A stretch of 63,995 bases of DNA, filler included, from Perkinsus olseni (Eukaryota): the NCBI GenBank assembly GCA_013115125.1. It is 12 parts of 12 records of this genome, joined end to end, with 100 filler letters (N's around TTAATTAATTAA, not from the genome) between each part and the next. Parts side by side here need not be neighbours in the genome. Positions count along the whole stretch, not along the records: positions 11,052 to 16,444 come from JABANN010001189.1; positions 16,545 to 21,933 come from JABANN010001190.1; positions 22,034 to 27,398 come from JABANN010001191.1; 9 more parts are not named here. One strand, written 5' to 3'. Both the position numbers and the translations under genes were made by a program. Shown here one piece after another: positions 11,850-23,629 of this stretch. How positions within the stretch are numbered: the stretch's first letter is position 1; each line of letters opens with the position of its first letter. Under the pieces are notes generated by a model, which was not told the DNA's origin, searched no databases, and was given only the letters and a program-made list of their open reading frames with translations.

Positions 11850-12215
11850 TCACTGCCCGACAATGTTCTTCCTCTGGCCTTCCACGACCTGCATGACCTC
11901 TGAAATTTCACCAGCGCCGACGCTGAGCTCCTTGAGGGTATCCTCGAAATTCTGCATAAAAGCATTGAAGTCGTCATCAGTGATATTGAGACCTTTGTGA
12001 GCCTGCTTCATGGAGCGCCCGGCGAACTCGCAACCTGGTTGACCGAAGGCGTAAGAGAAGAAGTCCTTCTGGTGGGCCCTCAGGGAGTCCATGTCAACAT
12101 TCTTGAAGTAATGTCCTATTTTCGAATCGACAATTTCTTTCTCGTTGAACTTATCAATCATGGCGTCGACCGCAGCTGCGCCGCCCACTCTGTCGAAGAG
12201 ACTCTTGCTAGACAT
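11850..12215 (-). CDS. Group I truncated (2/2) haemoglobin, 121 aa, intronless
   Basis: SLFDRVGG, LRAHQKDFF, GRSMKQAH (proximal His) and ITDDDF, all hallmarks of GlbN/protozoan globins. Confidence 0.93.
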   Translation of the reverse strand: MSSKSLFDRVGGAAAVDAMIDKFNEKEIVDSKIGHYFKNVDMDSLRAHQKDFFSYAFGQPGCEFAGRSMKQAHKGLNITDDDFNAFMQNFEDTLKELSVGAGEISEVMQVVEGQRKNIVGQ

Positions 12216-12227
12216 TGATACAGGTCA

Positions 12228-13022
12228 CTACGGCGGTGTTACCAACTTGAATGAGTAGTCTGGGTGCNNNNNNNNNNNNNNNNNNNNNNNNNNNNNNNNN
12301 NNNNNNNNNNNNNNNNNNNNNNNNNNNNNNNNNNNNNNNNNNNNNNNNNNNNNNNNNNNNNNNNNGGAACCCTCGAGGACAAGAGTGTATTCTGATCCAT
12401 CTAGCTCGACCTTGGTCAGTGCCGAGCGGCCGATTGGGGCAACAGTAACCTTCTTCTTTCCGCCGCGTCTCTTTCCTTCGGCCCTCACGCCGCAATACCC
12501 CTTCAAGAAGCCCGGCTGCCCGAAGTCTAGATCCATACCGAGTTCAGCCGTACCACCATAATACGTACCAATCGCCCACAAAAAATTTGTCTCCGACGAG
12601 TCCAACTGAGTGAAGCGTTGGAAAGCATTCAGCTTTTTCGTCAGGCCGTCAGTATTTTCACGGGAATCCCCTTCAGGTTCCAAAGTGCTGAAATGCATCG
12701 AATACTCGTAGATTCTTGATTCATATCTTTTACTCTTCCAAGTTTTATCATCAACGACGTAAACGGTAACGTCCATAGGTGACTCCACCGGACAGGCGGC
12801 GGTGTTGTGGACAGTGGCTACTTCACAGCTTCCAATGGTCTCAGTCTTGCTCACACTCTCCTGCACGGAGCACTTCTCAGTATTGGGAGTGACGTAGAAG
12901 AGATGGTTCCCAGAAACAGCATAGAGCCACGGAATGTCCTTCGGGGAGCCGCGCTTTCTGAGGACGGTAGCCCCGACGGTGCAGAAGGTGAGGAGGGAGG
13001 ATATCACAGTGCGAGTGAACAT
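12228..13022 (-). CDS. Hypothetical secreted protein (C-terminus uncertain across N gap 12268-12365)
   Basis: Signal peptide MFTRTVISSLLTFCTVGA and >215 open codons up to the gap. No recognised domain. Confidence 0.6.
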   Translation of the reverse strand: MFTRTVISSLLTFCTVGATVLRKRGSPKDIPWLYAVSGNHLFYVTPNTEKCSVQESVSKTETIGSCEVATVHNTAACPVESPMDVTVYVVDDKTWKSKRYESRIYEYSMHFSTLEPEGDSRENTDGLTKKLNAFQRFTQLDSSETNFLWAIGTYYGGTAELGMDLDFGQPGFLKGYCGVRAEGKRRGGKKKVTVAPIGRSALTKVELDGSEYTLVLEGSXXXXXXXXXXXXXXXXXXXXXXXXXXXXXXXXXHPDYSFKLVTPP

Positions 13023-14219
13023 AATGACGCGTAATACCTGACGAACATGACAAGAACAGCTTACACTCAGCCTTTCATTAGCACATACCTGATAAGGACG
13101 CAGGGGTCAAGTGGAAGTAGTCTTAGCGCCCGGAGGGTAGCCGGGTCTTGCACACTAACGGCATTCCTCAAGGAACACTAGCGCTCGCCAATTCAATCGT
13201 GCCCAAGCTCTGAGATCGGATAATACTCTGTCCCAAATTGGATCTAAAATGATGGCAGCGTGTAATGCTTGGAATCTATTGACGGAAGGAGGACTCTCAG
13301 CTTGGTCAACGAGCTATTGACAATCCTCGTTGTTGCGTGCAACACACTGCACGAAGACAGCTAATGATACGTACGCGTGCGTACATCTACTTGACAGTTC
13401 CAAAACATCAGGACGGTGGCGGGGTGTAACCCATACTCATTGCAGTGACAATTGATCCAATTGTATTGTAACCTGTAGTTCTTTTCACTTACCTCCAAGA
13501 CTTGGGATGCGTGCACTGGCTTTTTTGCAAGTCACAGTGGCACGGCCGGACTGGAGGCAGACTCAATACCATTTTTCGTCTGGCATGGTGAACGCGTATT
13601 GGCGTGTATTCTCGTTGAAACCAGGCTACAACATTTTCCTATCACATGAAGACTTCGTAGGAGCTAAAATTCGGTATTTTCCAGCATATTTTCTTAACCG
13701 TGGATAGGGCGCGACTGGCCATCAATAATTACGTGGAGCGATCGAGTTAAACTGCTTAGATCAGTCACACGAGGTGCAAGTGGCTTTGTGTTTGCTTTTC
13801 GTTAACCTACCGCCCATTCTGGCGATGTGATGTGGCAGCCACGCGATGAGTGCATGGCTGAGCCATCACAGGAAGGAAGCGGGGCAACGAGTCACGGGTT
13901 AACAACAGTGCCCCACAGCGCTGTGCGAGCTAGTCTGGTTAACATATATCTCACATGGAACCCTCCTTGGCAGCCATGCAGAAGATCACGATGTGAAAGT
14001 GCGCAGTGCGGTGGCCTATTTCCGAGCAGCGCGCTCGTAATGATACGCATGCCAGACAGAGGAGGTGGTCTGAGTGTCTATCAGAAGGACTCTATGACCG
14101 CCGATAAGGATCGGACTACACTCCCCTTTCCGTGATACGCTTTGGCGAGGGTAATCTTGCAACGAAACACGGTCTCATCAACACACCGGGCTTCGAGGAC
14201 AGTGGCATGGCTAGTCTTC

Positions 14220-16440
14220 AGGAATTATTTGAGCTTAAAATGAAGCCATCACAACAGGGCTGTCTGTGGTCGGGCAGAGGGCCGCCGTGATCTGCTACAC
14301 GCGATTGAGTCAAGCCTATCCAGGTTATCTTGAGTCCGCGTCGACCTCCTGAGCAGTGCGGTTCCTGGTCGACTCTCCGGCCGCTTGCCCCGTAAACTCG
14401 TAGCATCGGCTCTGAAACAGCTTCAAGATGTGATATTCACCCGGCAAGCGCAGAGCCATCCCGATTGAACCGTCACTTAGCCCGTTGAGTAAGGCACTAA
14501 ATGCCCGGAGGTACTCAAGGATCAGCACAGGTGAATAGTCGTCGAACAACTTTCCTCACTCGGCAGAGTCCCTCGTTAGCTCGAGCACTTCCTGGGAAAC
14601 ATCAGCACTTCTTGAAACCTTGTCGGATATCAGCCCCATGTACGCGACAGACTTTCGGTGAAAGTCGGGCCTCTCGATTAGCTAAGGACCAGTGAACATC
14701 TCCGATGGCTCATTCATATCCTGGAGAACACTGATCGCTTGGCTCCTACTTCGAAACTGCTNNNNNNNNNNNNNNNNNNNNNNNNNNNNNNNNNNNNNNN
14801 NNNNNNNNNNNNNNNNNNNNNNNNNNNNNNNNNNNNNNNNNNNNNNNNNNNNNNNNNNNTATGAAGATTGTCCTCAATGGCGTTAGTTACCACTTTACTG
14901 TGCATCAAGAACCAGTAGCGCAGACAGTTCAACTTCTCCTGCAGCATCGACAGGAAAGTCTCTCGAGGCATCCAGAGCACCTTGAGCGCGTGATAGAAGA
15001 CAGTTGAAATTGGCAGAACTTCGAGGCACCGGCTTGCACAGCGCCATAAACCATCGCATGATGCAATGTCCCGAATCGAGCCCACCTGAGTTTCGCCTTT
15101 CGCATGAGCCACGAAGTGACTGACTTGAATTATGCTTTCCGCAGCAGCTCCGATGCCGTCAGCCCACATACCCCGCCGACGGATCTCCCAAACAGGAACT
15201 TCCTTGTGGTCGATGAAAACCATAGCGCGGATACAGCCGGCGATCACCATGAAGAAGCATTCTGTTGGTAAGTTGAGGCGACAGCCCTTCCTCACGACCA
15301 GCCTCTCACAGCTTCCCGTGAACATCACGACCTACAGAAAGACGGCGTATCAAAACTTGGCAAAGCTCGAAGGCGGCGAGACAACAGTCGCGCAGTCAAG
15401 CGCGTATACTCACATCTTTCAAGGGCAGGCTCAGCTCACGGAAAGGCGGGGAGCGACGGACCGAGGAGAGGATCGCCTGCCACTGGAATGACCCATCCAT
15501 TTGCCTGCTTGGTTTGAGATACTTTCGAATGTGGATAGCAGCCACCAGCACCTGTGAGACGGGAACTACAAAATGCCGTTAGGGGAGCTTCGCTGCGAGA
15601 GGCCAGGCGAATGACTTTACCGTCGACGCTCACCTTAGCTTTCGTCGAGCCACCCGTAACGACTGCTGAGCTCATGTGTAACTTCCTCATCGGCTCGGCA
15701 CACGACGCCGGCTGTAGCACAGCGACTGTCCTGTGACCCGTCACAACTCGTAGTTGAGCCTCCTTGCTACGCGCTAGTACGAGGTAAGCGTGAGCAGCCT
15801 CCCGGTCTTCTCGCCAGATGTGGTCGCCAGAGGACGCTTCCACGAAGCGAATGCCTCGGAGCATCTCCCGCAGCATCAGCTCCGGGGTGTGGCAGAATAT
15901 TTTGAACTTGTATCCGAGTAACATCGTGAGGAGCTCAGCGTTGAAGGAACGCAGTTCGTCAAAGACTCGCTTCTCGGGCCGTGTTCCTCGACTCTGAGGC
16001 TACGTCGGTCGCGCGCGGCAGGGAGATAGCAGAGAGCAGCGCAATCCGAAAGCACACAAACTACACCACTCACTTTTAGGTCAGATATACACCTTCTGAT
16101 GTGCTGTCGCCGGAGGAGCATCTTCTCCCACACGTGGAGGGGGACAGCAGTAGCTGAGGGCTCTGCCTCTTGAATGCCCTCCGCTCTGACAGCAGCATCT
16201 GACGGCATTCACATCATTCCCTGTCGTCGCTTAAGTCACCATCTTGAGGTGCTCTCAGTAGTGCTCACCATCTCTTTCCTTCATGGCTTGGTCTCGCGGA
16301 TCCAAAGCAGTTGGAAGCTGCGGCAATTCGCATACACTGAGACGTTTCTGATGAATCACAAACGATGCGCAACTCTGAGTGGACCGTGCCGCTACCCGTC
16401 GTTCCTCGGAGAGTCTACCAGGCGGACGCGTTGCTGAACT
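14220..16440 (-). CDS. Multi-exon cyclic-nucleotide-binding-domain-like protein (partial)
   Basis: Exonic pieces RFVEASSGDHIWREDREAAHAYLVL, ECFFMVIAGCIRA and VLWMPRETFLSML resemble cNMP-binding beta-barrels. Short GT-AG introns and an internal N gap; boundaries approximate. Confidence 0.5.
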
Positions 16441-16544
16441 CGCANNNNNNNNNNNNNNNNNNNNNNNNNNNNNNNNNNNNNNNNNNNNTTAATTAATTAA
16501 NNNNNNNNNNNNNNNNNNNNNNNNNNNNNNNNNNNNNNNNNNNN

Positions 16545-19500
16545 TCAACCGTCTGACTTTTTCCACTAGCGTCCAGGCTGCCCGGGCTTCGTCAAGGAGG
16601 GGGACTCGAAGACCCTCATAATAGAGAGCAACGCCGCTGAGGAATTGCATCACCTTGGACGAGTCCCAACAGCACAAACCCAGGGACTGGTTCCACGAGT
16701 TGGCGACCCGTCCAGCGAATGGCTTCGATCGAAACCTCTCTCGAGGGACAAAGGCTTGTCCGAGCTCAGGCAGGCAAGATTCTTCCGGGGAGGATATATT
16801 GACGGTGGACTCTGGTGATAGGACTGTGCATATCTTGGGTTCGGTCGTGGACGCCACGGCCCAACCGCAGACCCTTCCTGCCGGACACAGGTCGTTCCCT
16901 GAGTGAACCTTGATGCCCTTCCTCGCGGCAACGTAGCCGCACTCAGCGGGCTTGGGCCGGTCCATGAGAGGCAGAGGGCATATCCCGCCCTCGTGGCATA
17001 GGGTGCAGTTGTGCTGACCATGGTACGGGTTGAAGGTCCCAGCGGGGCATTCAGTGGGTTCAAACTGGCCGGGCATCGGGCCGCACTTGAAGCGGGGTTT
17101 GCAGGCTATACCCGACGAACGAGGGACGGGACAGTACTTCCCAGGAGGGCATGCCCCAGCGCCATAAGGGTGGCTGCTTCCGGGAGGACAGAAGAACCCT
17201 TGAAAGCAGGGCTGTGGTGTGCTCAGGTTGCCGGGCGACGACCGCAGTGCTAACGTTCCTGGGTAACAATGCAGCCCTCTGGGACACAGTTTCGGTGCGT
17301 TCGAGCCAGCCGTGTGAAGACCAGGGCTGTTCGACTCGAGAAGGGTAGTCTGTAATGGAGCTGCCGAGGCTGTGGCGGTGCCCTCCAGGCAGATGAACCC
17401 TGCAGGGCAACGCTTGTACGGCGTCATAAGGCCCTCCTCATCGCACACCCACCCAGCAGGACAGACGACGGGTCGATTCATCCGCGTGAGAGGGCAGTAG
17501 TACCCCTTGGGGCAGTCGATGCACTGTCTGCTGCCAGCCATAGGCTGATAGGAACCGGGAGGGCACGGCAGGGGATGGCTCAGACCGCCCTCCTCGCACA
17601 TGTACCCGGGCGGGCAAGGACGGATCTGGGAAGTGAAGACCGACTGGTCGGTGTGGTGGGTGACGTATCCTGGCGGGCTCATGGCGAGGAACGTGAAAGT
17701 CACGTGAGACAGGCTCCAGTCTATGCCATTGAGGGTCACCCGCAGTGCAGCGCTCCGACTCAACGCGTTGGCCGATCGGGCTTCCCACATGTCGGGGACC
17801 GGGCAAAGGACTTGGGTGGCGGAGACAACGATGGGCCGGGCCACAGTGGGGTCCACGTAGATCCAGTCGAAAGAACACAGGAGATTTGGCGTCCTTAGGA
17901 AGGGGCCTCCGTGGACTGAGACCAGACCGCCGCCATGCATGTTTCCCTCGCGAGGCAACACGCTGCGGACGGTGACAGGCATGTGGAAGGTGTAGTAACT
18001 GCGCAAGGGGCCAACAAGGGAAGCGAGGAAGGGTCGGTGTTACTGCCCTACCTCAGAGATTTCGGTTCATCATGGCTGTCATCATCAGCATCCCAGGCGT
18101 CTATGCCCTCAGGGGAAAAATTCTGCCCGTTATTCGACACGTACAGAGGCACTCGCAGCTCCCCAGTCGGGGACAGCTCTGGACTGTCAACCTGGATCTG
18201 GGAGTCGCTCAACCAGATTGCCCTTCTAGACTCGAAAACAGTGCTCGGGCCATCAGCCGATACCCCGCCGAACATGACCGTGAGCATGTCAGTGTTAAAG
18301 AAGTTGCTGCCAGTCAGCGTGATGTACGTCACTTGGCCATGAGGGCCCATCGAGGGTTCAACGAGGGTGATGAAGGGAGGGGAGTAATAGAAATACTTCT
18401 GTGTCGCATCCGCAGTGTCTTGCCCGTTCAAAGACACCAGCAAAGGGACCTCACCAGGCTCAACGGTTTCGGGCGACACGCACAGCAGAGAAGCTGTTTC
18501 GACGTTCACTGTGGCCTTCACCTTCAGCGTCCCGAAGCTGCAGAAGCTGCTGCTGGAAGCAGCTCGCCAGATGTGAGCCGGGATGGACTCCTGGCCGGCG
18601 GTCCGGACGGTCACTCGAGTGTTGCCAGATATTGGCCCGAGGAAGGGTTCGATGAGGAACGCTGGTTTGGAGTTCATATACGTGTAAACCGTACCTGAGA
18701 CGCCCGCTCGGCCGAAGAATCGGTGGCTGCTGTCTACCCGTGCCGGTGGCAAAGTCCTGACCATTGTTCGCCACACTGACGACCACCGGTCCCTCCTGGT
18801 GGGCGGGGCTCTCGCACAGGATGGCGCTCGGCGATATAAACCTCGTCGCCGCGACCACTGTTGTTCCAAATCTGCATGAGAGCTCGGAGGAGTCAACGAA
18901 GTGAGAGCCTTGCAACAGAACTGTCGTGCCGCCCTCAGAGCTGCCGAAGGGTGGTGACACAGAAGCCACCGTCGCTTGAATATAGTAGGTGAATAGCAGA
19001 GGCACTCTCTTCTGTGTTTCCGCGTCTATCACGGTCAACTCGGTGAGGCTTTGATTGTCCGCAGAAAGGGAGAAGGGGACCGGGCCGGGAGCGCCCACAG
19101 ACGGGGTAGAACAATCGATCCGAAAGGGGGACACGCGTTGTGCTGCAACTAGCTGCCCTCCGAAACCACATCGAAGGAGGCCAGTGTTGAGGAAAGGTTC
19201 GTCTGAGTACGCTGAGACCAGGGTACCGCCCGTCCGAGGTCCGGAGAGGGGGTTGGCGTAGGTGATAGAGAAGCGAACGACCCGGTAGTAGAAGAGCTGC
19301 TGGTAGAGGGACATCATCGGCACGCTGGCGATGCGCAGACTTGGATGGGACGCGTCATAGTCGAGGGTCAAGTCCAGATTTACATAGTGGCCTGAGGTGA
19401 CAGGAAAATGATCGTTACTTAACTGACAGACGGCTGACCTGCTTTCATGCTAGATGAAGTTGTCCTCGGCGGAGCGTAGCAGAAGATCTCCGACGGTGAC

Positions 19501-21933
19501 ACGTAATGTGCCGCAACCACGCTTCGACCAAAGATACAAGATATGCTCATACCCTGACCCTCAGCGGAGTCAGGACTGTACAGGTGGAAACCTGAGCATT
19601 CGTAATGGCTGAGAAGCAGTAGCTCCCACCCCACCCACCTTCACCATACACAGCGACTCGAGTGCCTCCCTCAAAGGGGCCCTCAGCTGGGCTGATGTAT
19701 TTGATACTAGGTGACTTCAAATAGGTGAACTTAGTGACGTTTGTCCACAGCGTCTTGGAGACCTCCAAAGACACGTTGACATCTGCCGTACTCTGGCCGG
19801 GCAAGATGTGCCATCGCGGAGCGACGCACGTGATCTGATCGTCGACGGGTAAGCTGATCTAGGTCCAGCAATGACTTAGAGCCATCGCTCACTTCGCGGT
19901 CCGATATGGGTGTGGCCGGGACGTCCACCCAGGCGCCGAGCTCGAAGGGGGTGCCCTCGCTGTCCCCGGTTGGCTGGAAGCGGCAACTGGTAACCCTCCA
20001 TGCAACAGATCCAGTGACCTCGAGGCGTATAGGGTACCTGAATAGAGGAGGCACTCCTGTCCTGATGGGGACGCGAGACCTAGACGGACCAGGACGACAT
20101 GGGTGTTCGGCTGGTGGTAGAAGAGCGCCTTTCACTAGCATTTACCAGTAAATTAGTATAAGATTACCCTAATATAGACTGATTCCGTGGTAGGCTATCG
20201 AACGGCCAGCCGTCACCACACAATGACATTTTATGCTACTCTTTGATGCTCACTCTATTCTAAGAGTGAGAATTATGGTATGAATTACTATCGAGAAATT
20301 CACAATCCGAAAGGATCGCCTACCCGCCAGCATCCGGTCCTCGAGAAGGCACAACCCCGACGATCTGTGGCGCTAGGAAGACCGAGTAGAAGAGGACCCA
20401 CGCCTTGCCAGCGTCGAAAGTCGTAGCCGCAGCATAGTCCACACCGTTCAACGCCACCGAGATGCTCATAGACAGTGAAGAGAGGGCGATAAGGTACCTG
20501 GCACACAATTGATGGGACAGCCTCGCCGATGACCCTACCTGGGCTCGGAGGAAAGGGCAGCGGCTAGCAGGTCGCCGCCACAAGAAGCTATCGTCTGGTC
20601 GATAAAGTCGACGCCAAACTCAGGGCCACACATCAGACGATTCCAGTCTATCACTCTGGCAGGCACTTCGATATCGCAAGCCCTTTGGGACAGGAACGCC
20701 TACCACACCACNNNNNNNNNNNNNNNNNNNNNNNNNNNNNNNNNNNNNNNNNNNNNNNNNNNNNNNNNNNNNNNNNNNNNNNNNNNNNNNNNNNNNNNNN
20801 NNNNNNNNATCACGAACTCGGGAAGGGCCGTCAACCGCATCCTCACATTGAGGGCACGCATGGACGTGTCACCGTAGCGTGGCACCCCAGCCGAGGCATT
20901 GGAAGTGTTACTAACCGAGCCGCCCAGGGCCCCAGCGTCGGCCATCATTGATAAGGACAAGCGGCATCTGGAGGCGCTATGATCGCTATCGACCATAGAA
21001 GGTCTCCTCACAGTGCGGCATCATGCATGTAGAAGTTGCTGCCACTGATGAGCAGAGCTGCAGGGTCTCGGAGGTCTTGGAAGACCCCTTGGGCGGGTTC
21101 GACTCCGTCCACCCTCCACATGTCAACGTAAGTGAAGTTCCCCTCGCTCATGAAGCAGCGACCATCGTCTTGCATCGCCGATACCCCAACCGTCCAAACT
21201 TCGATATTATTAGTGCCTGAAGAGACCGCCACCAAGGCCCTACTCGACAGCTGATGACCCGTACCATTTCGCTGCAGTGGCGGCACTATGCCTTCGTACT
21301 GGGTGATGCCGATCCCACCATCGGAGGCCTTGCTGGTCACCGGTACGACTTGGTCACCAATGCACAGATTACGGACGGAATATTTTCTTGTGGCTACGGA
21401 CACCGTGAGCCTCGTCCCCCCGGTGACCGGTCCGAAAGTTGGCGTCACCGAGATTATCGAGCTGCGGGGAGCGTAGGTGAAGTTGACTGAACTGGAGAAC
21501 GAAGAATTTCGCAGACGATCTTCGGGCGCGGCAAGTTGCCGCCGGGAACCCACCTGTAGCTCCAGTCTCGGCCACCATTGAAGCTCACAGTCACCGGGAC
21601 CCCAATGCCCTCACTGATGTCATCAGCGTTGGGGCATCCGACGGTCACGTTGGTGGTGTTGCACGAAAACGCAACGGCTGGGGCCTCGCACAACACGGAG
21701 GAGTTGCCAAGGCGCGTTCCCTCGAAGGTGTAAATATCAAATTTGCAGAGGACTGGAGGGAGGTCAGGGAAGGTAGCGTTAGAAGGGAAGTTCTTTCCGG
21801 ACACAACAACCGCCGCCCCGCCCTCGAACAGACCGACTAAAGGCGCCACGCTGTCCACCCTAGGCACCTGCAAGGGATGCCTAAGATGCTGCATCAGCTA
21901 CCAAGGTCGTCACCTGGCGATAGTAGTTGTACT
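16545..21933 (-). CDS. Internal fragment of a large multi-exon protein with tandem IPT/TIG domains followed by GCC2/GCC3-type Cys-rich repeats
   Basis: Many IPT signatures (SVSPPFGSSEGGTTVLLQGSHF, CRFG, VSLNGQD), then CPPGYMC/CPKGYYCP/CPAGFIC repeats. The gene fills the whole contig and both ends are missing. Confidence 0.85.
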
Positions 21934-22451
21934 NNNNNNNNNNNNNNNNNNNNNNNNNNNNNNNNNNNNNNNNNNNNTTAATTAATTAANNNNNNNNNNN
22001 NNNNNNNNNNNNNNNNNNNNNNNNNNNNNNNNNGAGGCTAGATATCTTAGCGTAGCACAAGGGGGAGCGACTCCATAGGGACAGCAACGACACAACGATC
22101 TTCACAAGAGCTCACGGGAGCCGCGACCACTCGACCTGCCGTGTATCTACCCACTGCTCTATATGAGTGCTATGTATAGAGCATAACGCAGGCAGGCTCT
22201 GAACGGCTGCTGTGAATTTCTCTACTCCCATTCCCTCATATAACATTGCCCACCACGCACGAAACAAAAACGCCCTTACGGCAAGAAACTCCCGAACTCC
22301 CCATCGGGGAGTCCAACATAGACGGTGACCTACAACAGGGTGTCGACTTGTAGAGGGCACACATCTTCAACATTAAAACGTGATGCTCGCGATGGGCAGG
22401 TTCGGCGTAATACTCATGAGAAGTGCAATGGAGCCAACTACTCACAATGTG

Positions 22452-22465
22452 CATCTTGGCTCAAG
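22452..22465 (+). other. Spliced-leader (SL) relic CATCTTGGCTCAAG at the 5' end of the LINE
   Basis: Exact match to the last 14 nt of the Perkinsus 22-nt SL (ACCGTAGCCATCTTGGCTCAAG). It lies 51 nt before the ORF1 ATG and is not followed by the GT donor of an SL RNA gene. Confidence 0.8.
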
Positions 22466-22516
22466 ATCTTAGTTGATCTACCCGTTTTTATAAGAGCCCT
22501 CAAGCTCCCGTCTTCC

Positions 22517-23590
22517 ATGCCATACGTTTCTGGCTCCGTGTGCGGCTCCGACAGCGATGCGAGCGACACTGGGCAGTCCATGGCGAAGACGCTGGACCAA
22601 CTCGAGGAGTTGGTCAAATACGAACCAAACAAGAGAAGCACCAGAGAGAAAGGTGCTGTGGGTGTACAATTGGTGAGTGATATTCGCATGCGTCTTTTTG
22701 AACTTTTAGAAGAAAATAGATCCCTTAGAATTGATTTAGCTAGTAGTGTCCCACGCTCGTATAGGGATGTCACAGCCGGCGGAGGTGGTGGTATCCAGCC
22801 CCACCCCTCAACCACCACCCCGACTCCTACGCGCATTTTTACCCCAAATGTGAAAAACAAGTCCGTTATCTTAAAGCCCACGTCTGACGGCGTTATGGCC
22901 AACGTGGACAACGAGTTGAAGAAGCTGAAGGACGCCCTGAATGGACTAGAGATCATCAGGATCAAAGTCCGTCAGCGCGGCGTGGAAGTGATCACCCCAC
23001 CTTCGACCAGATTAAGCGAGATACAGAGTAAGATTAGCTCTTGTGGTCTGCCTTTCACTGCAGGTGATGCCCCCAAGCTACAGCCGGAAGTTTTGATCTT
23101 CACTGGCGATTACCAAGACGACCCCCAGAATCTCTCCCAAGATATAAAATCGCACAATTCCAGGCTGGACCCCGAGTCCTGGCATACTGTGCGTACCAAC
23201 AACAAGTTTACCATCTATAGGATGACTCCGGATCAGCGTAAGGAACTGATTCTGCGCGGGGGTTGTTTTGTCAGAGGCCAAAAGCTGAAGTGCAAGGACA
23301 TCGTCACTGTGCGTGTCTGTCTTACCTGTGGCAAGGCACACGCCAATCCGGCGAACTGCAGGACCAAGCCGGAAGATCGAGTCTGCGTGAAGTGCTGCGG
23401 GAATCACTCTCTCAAGCTAGGTGAATGCCCACTTGAGGAGTTTCCCGCAGTACTCAAGTGCTGTTTATGTGGCGGAGAGGGGCACACCCCTTTCAGGGGA
23501 GACAACTCTGCCTGTGCCAAGACCAATGAATTACGACAACGCAAGGTCAACATGACCGACTACGGCGACGGTCCTCTCCCCGGTTTCTGA
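22517..23590 (+). CDS. LINE ORF1, gag-like nucleic-acid-binding protein
   Basis: First ATG after the SL relic. Coiled-coil-like N-terminus and three Cys/His knuckles: CLTCGKAHANPANC, CVKCCGNH...C, CCLCGGEGH...C. Confidence 0.88.
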   Translation: MPYVSGSVCGSDSDASDTGQSMAKTLDQLEELVKYEPNKRSTREKGAVGVQLVSDIRMRLFELLEENRSLRIDLASSVPRSYRDVTAGGGGGIQPHPSTTTPTPTRIFTPNVKNKSVILKPTSDGVMANVDNELKKLKDALNGLEIIRIKVRQRGVEVITPPSTRLSEIQSKISSCGLPFTAGDAPKLQPEVLIFTGDYQDDPQNLSQDIKSHNSRLDPESWHTVRTNNKFTIYRMTPDQRKELILRGGCFVRGQKLKCKDIVTVRVCLTCGKAHANPANCRTKPEDRVCVKCCGNHSLKLGECPLEEFPAVLKCCLCGGEGHTPFRGDNSACAKTNELRQRKVNMTDYGDGPLPGF

Positions 23591-23629
23591 GTCACCCTTC
23601 AACGATTGCAACTATCTTTGTATTATTTT

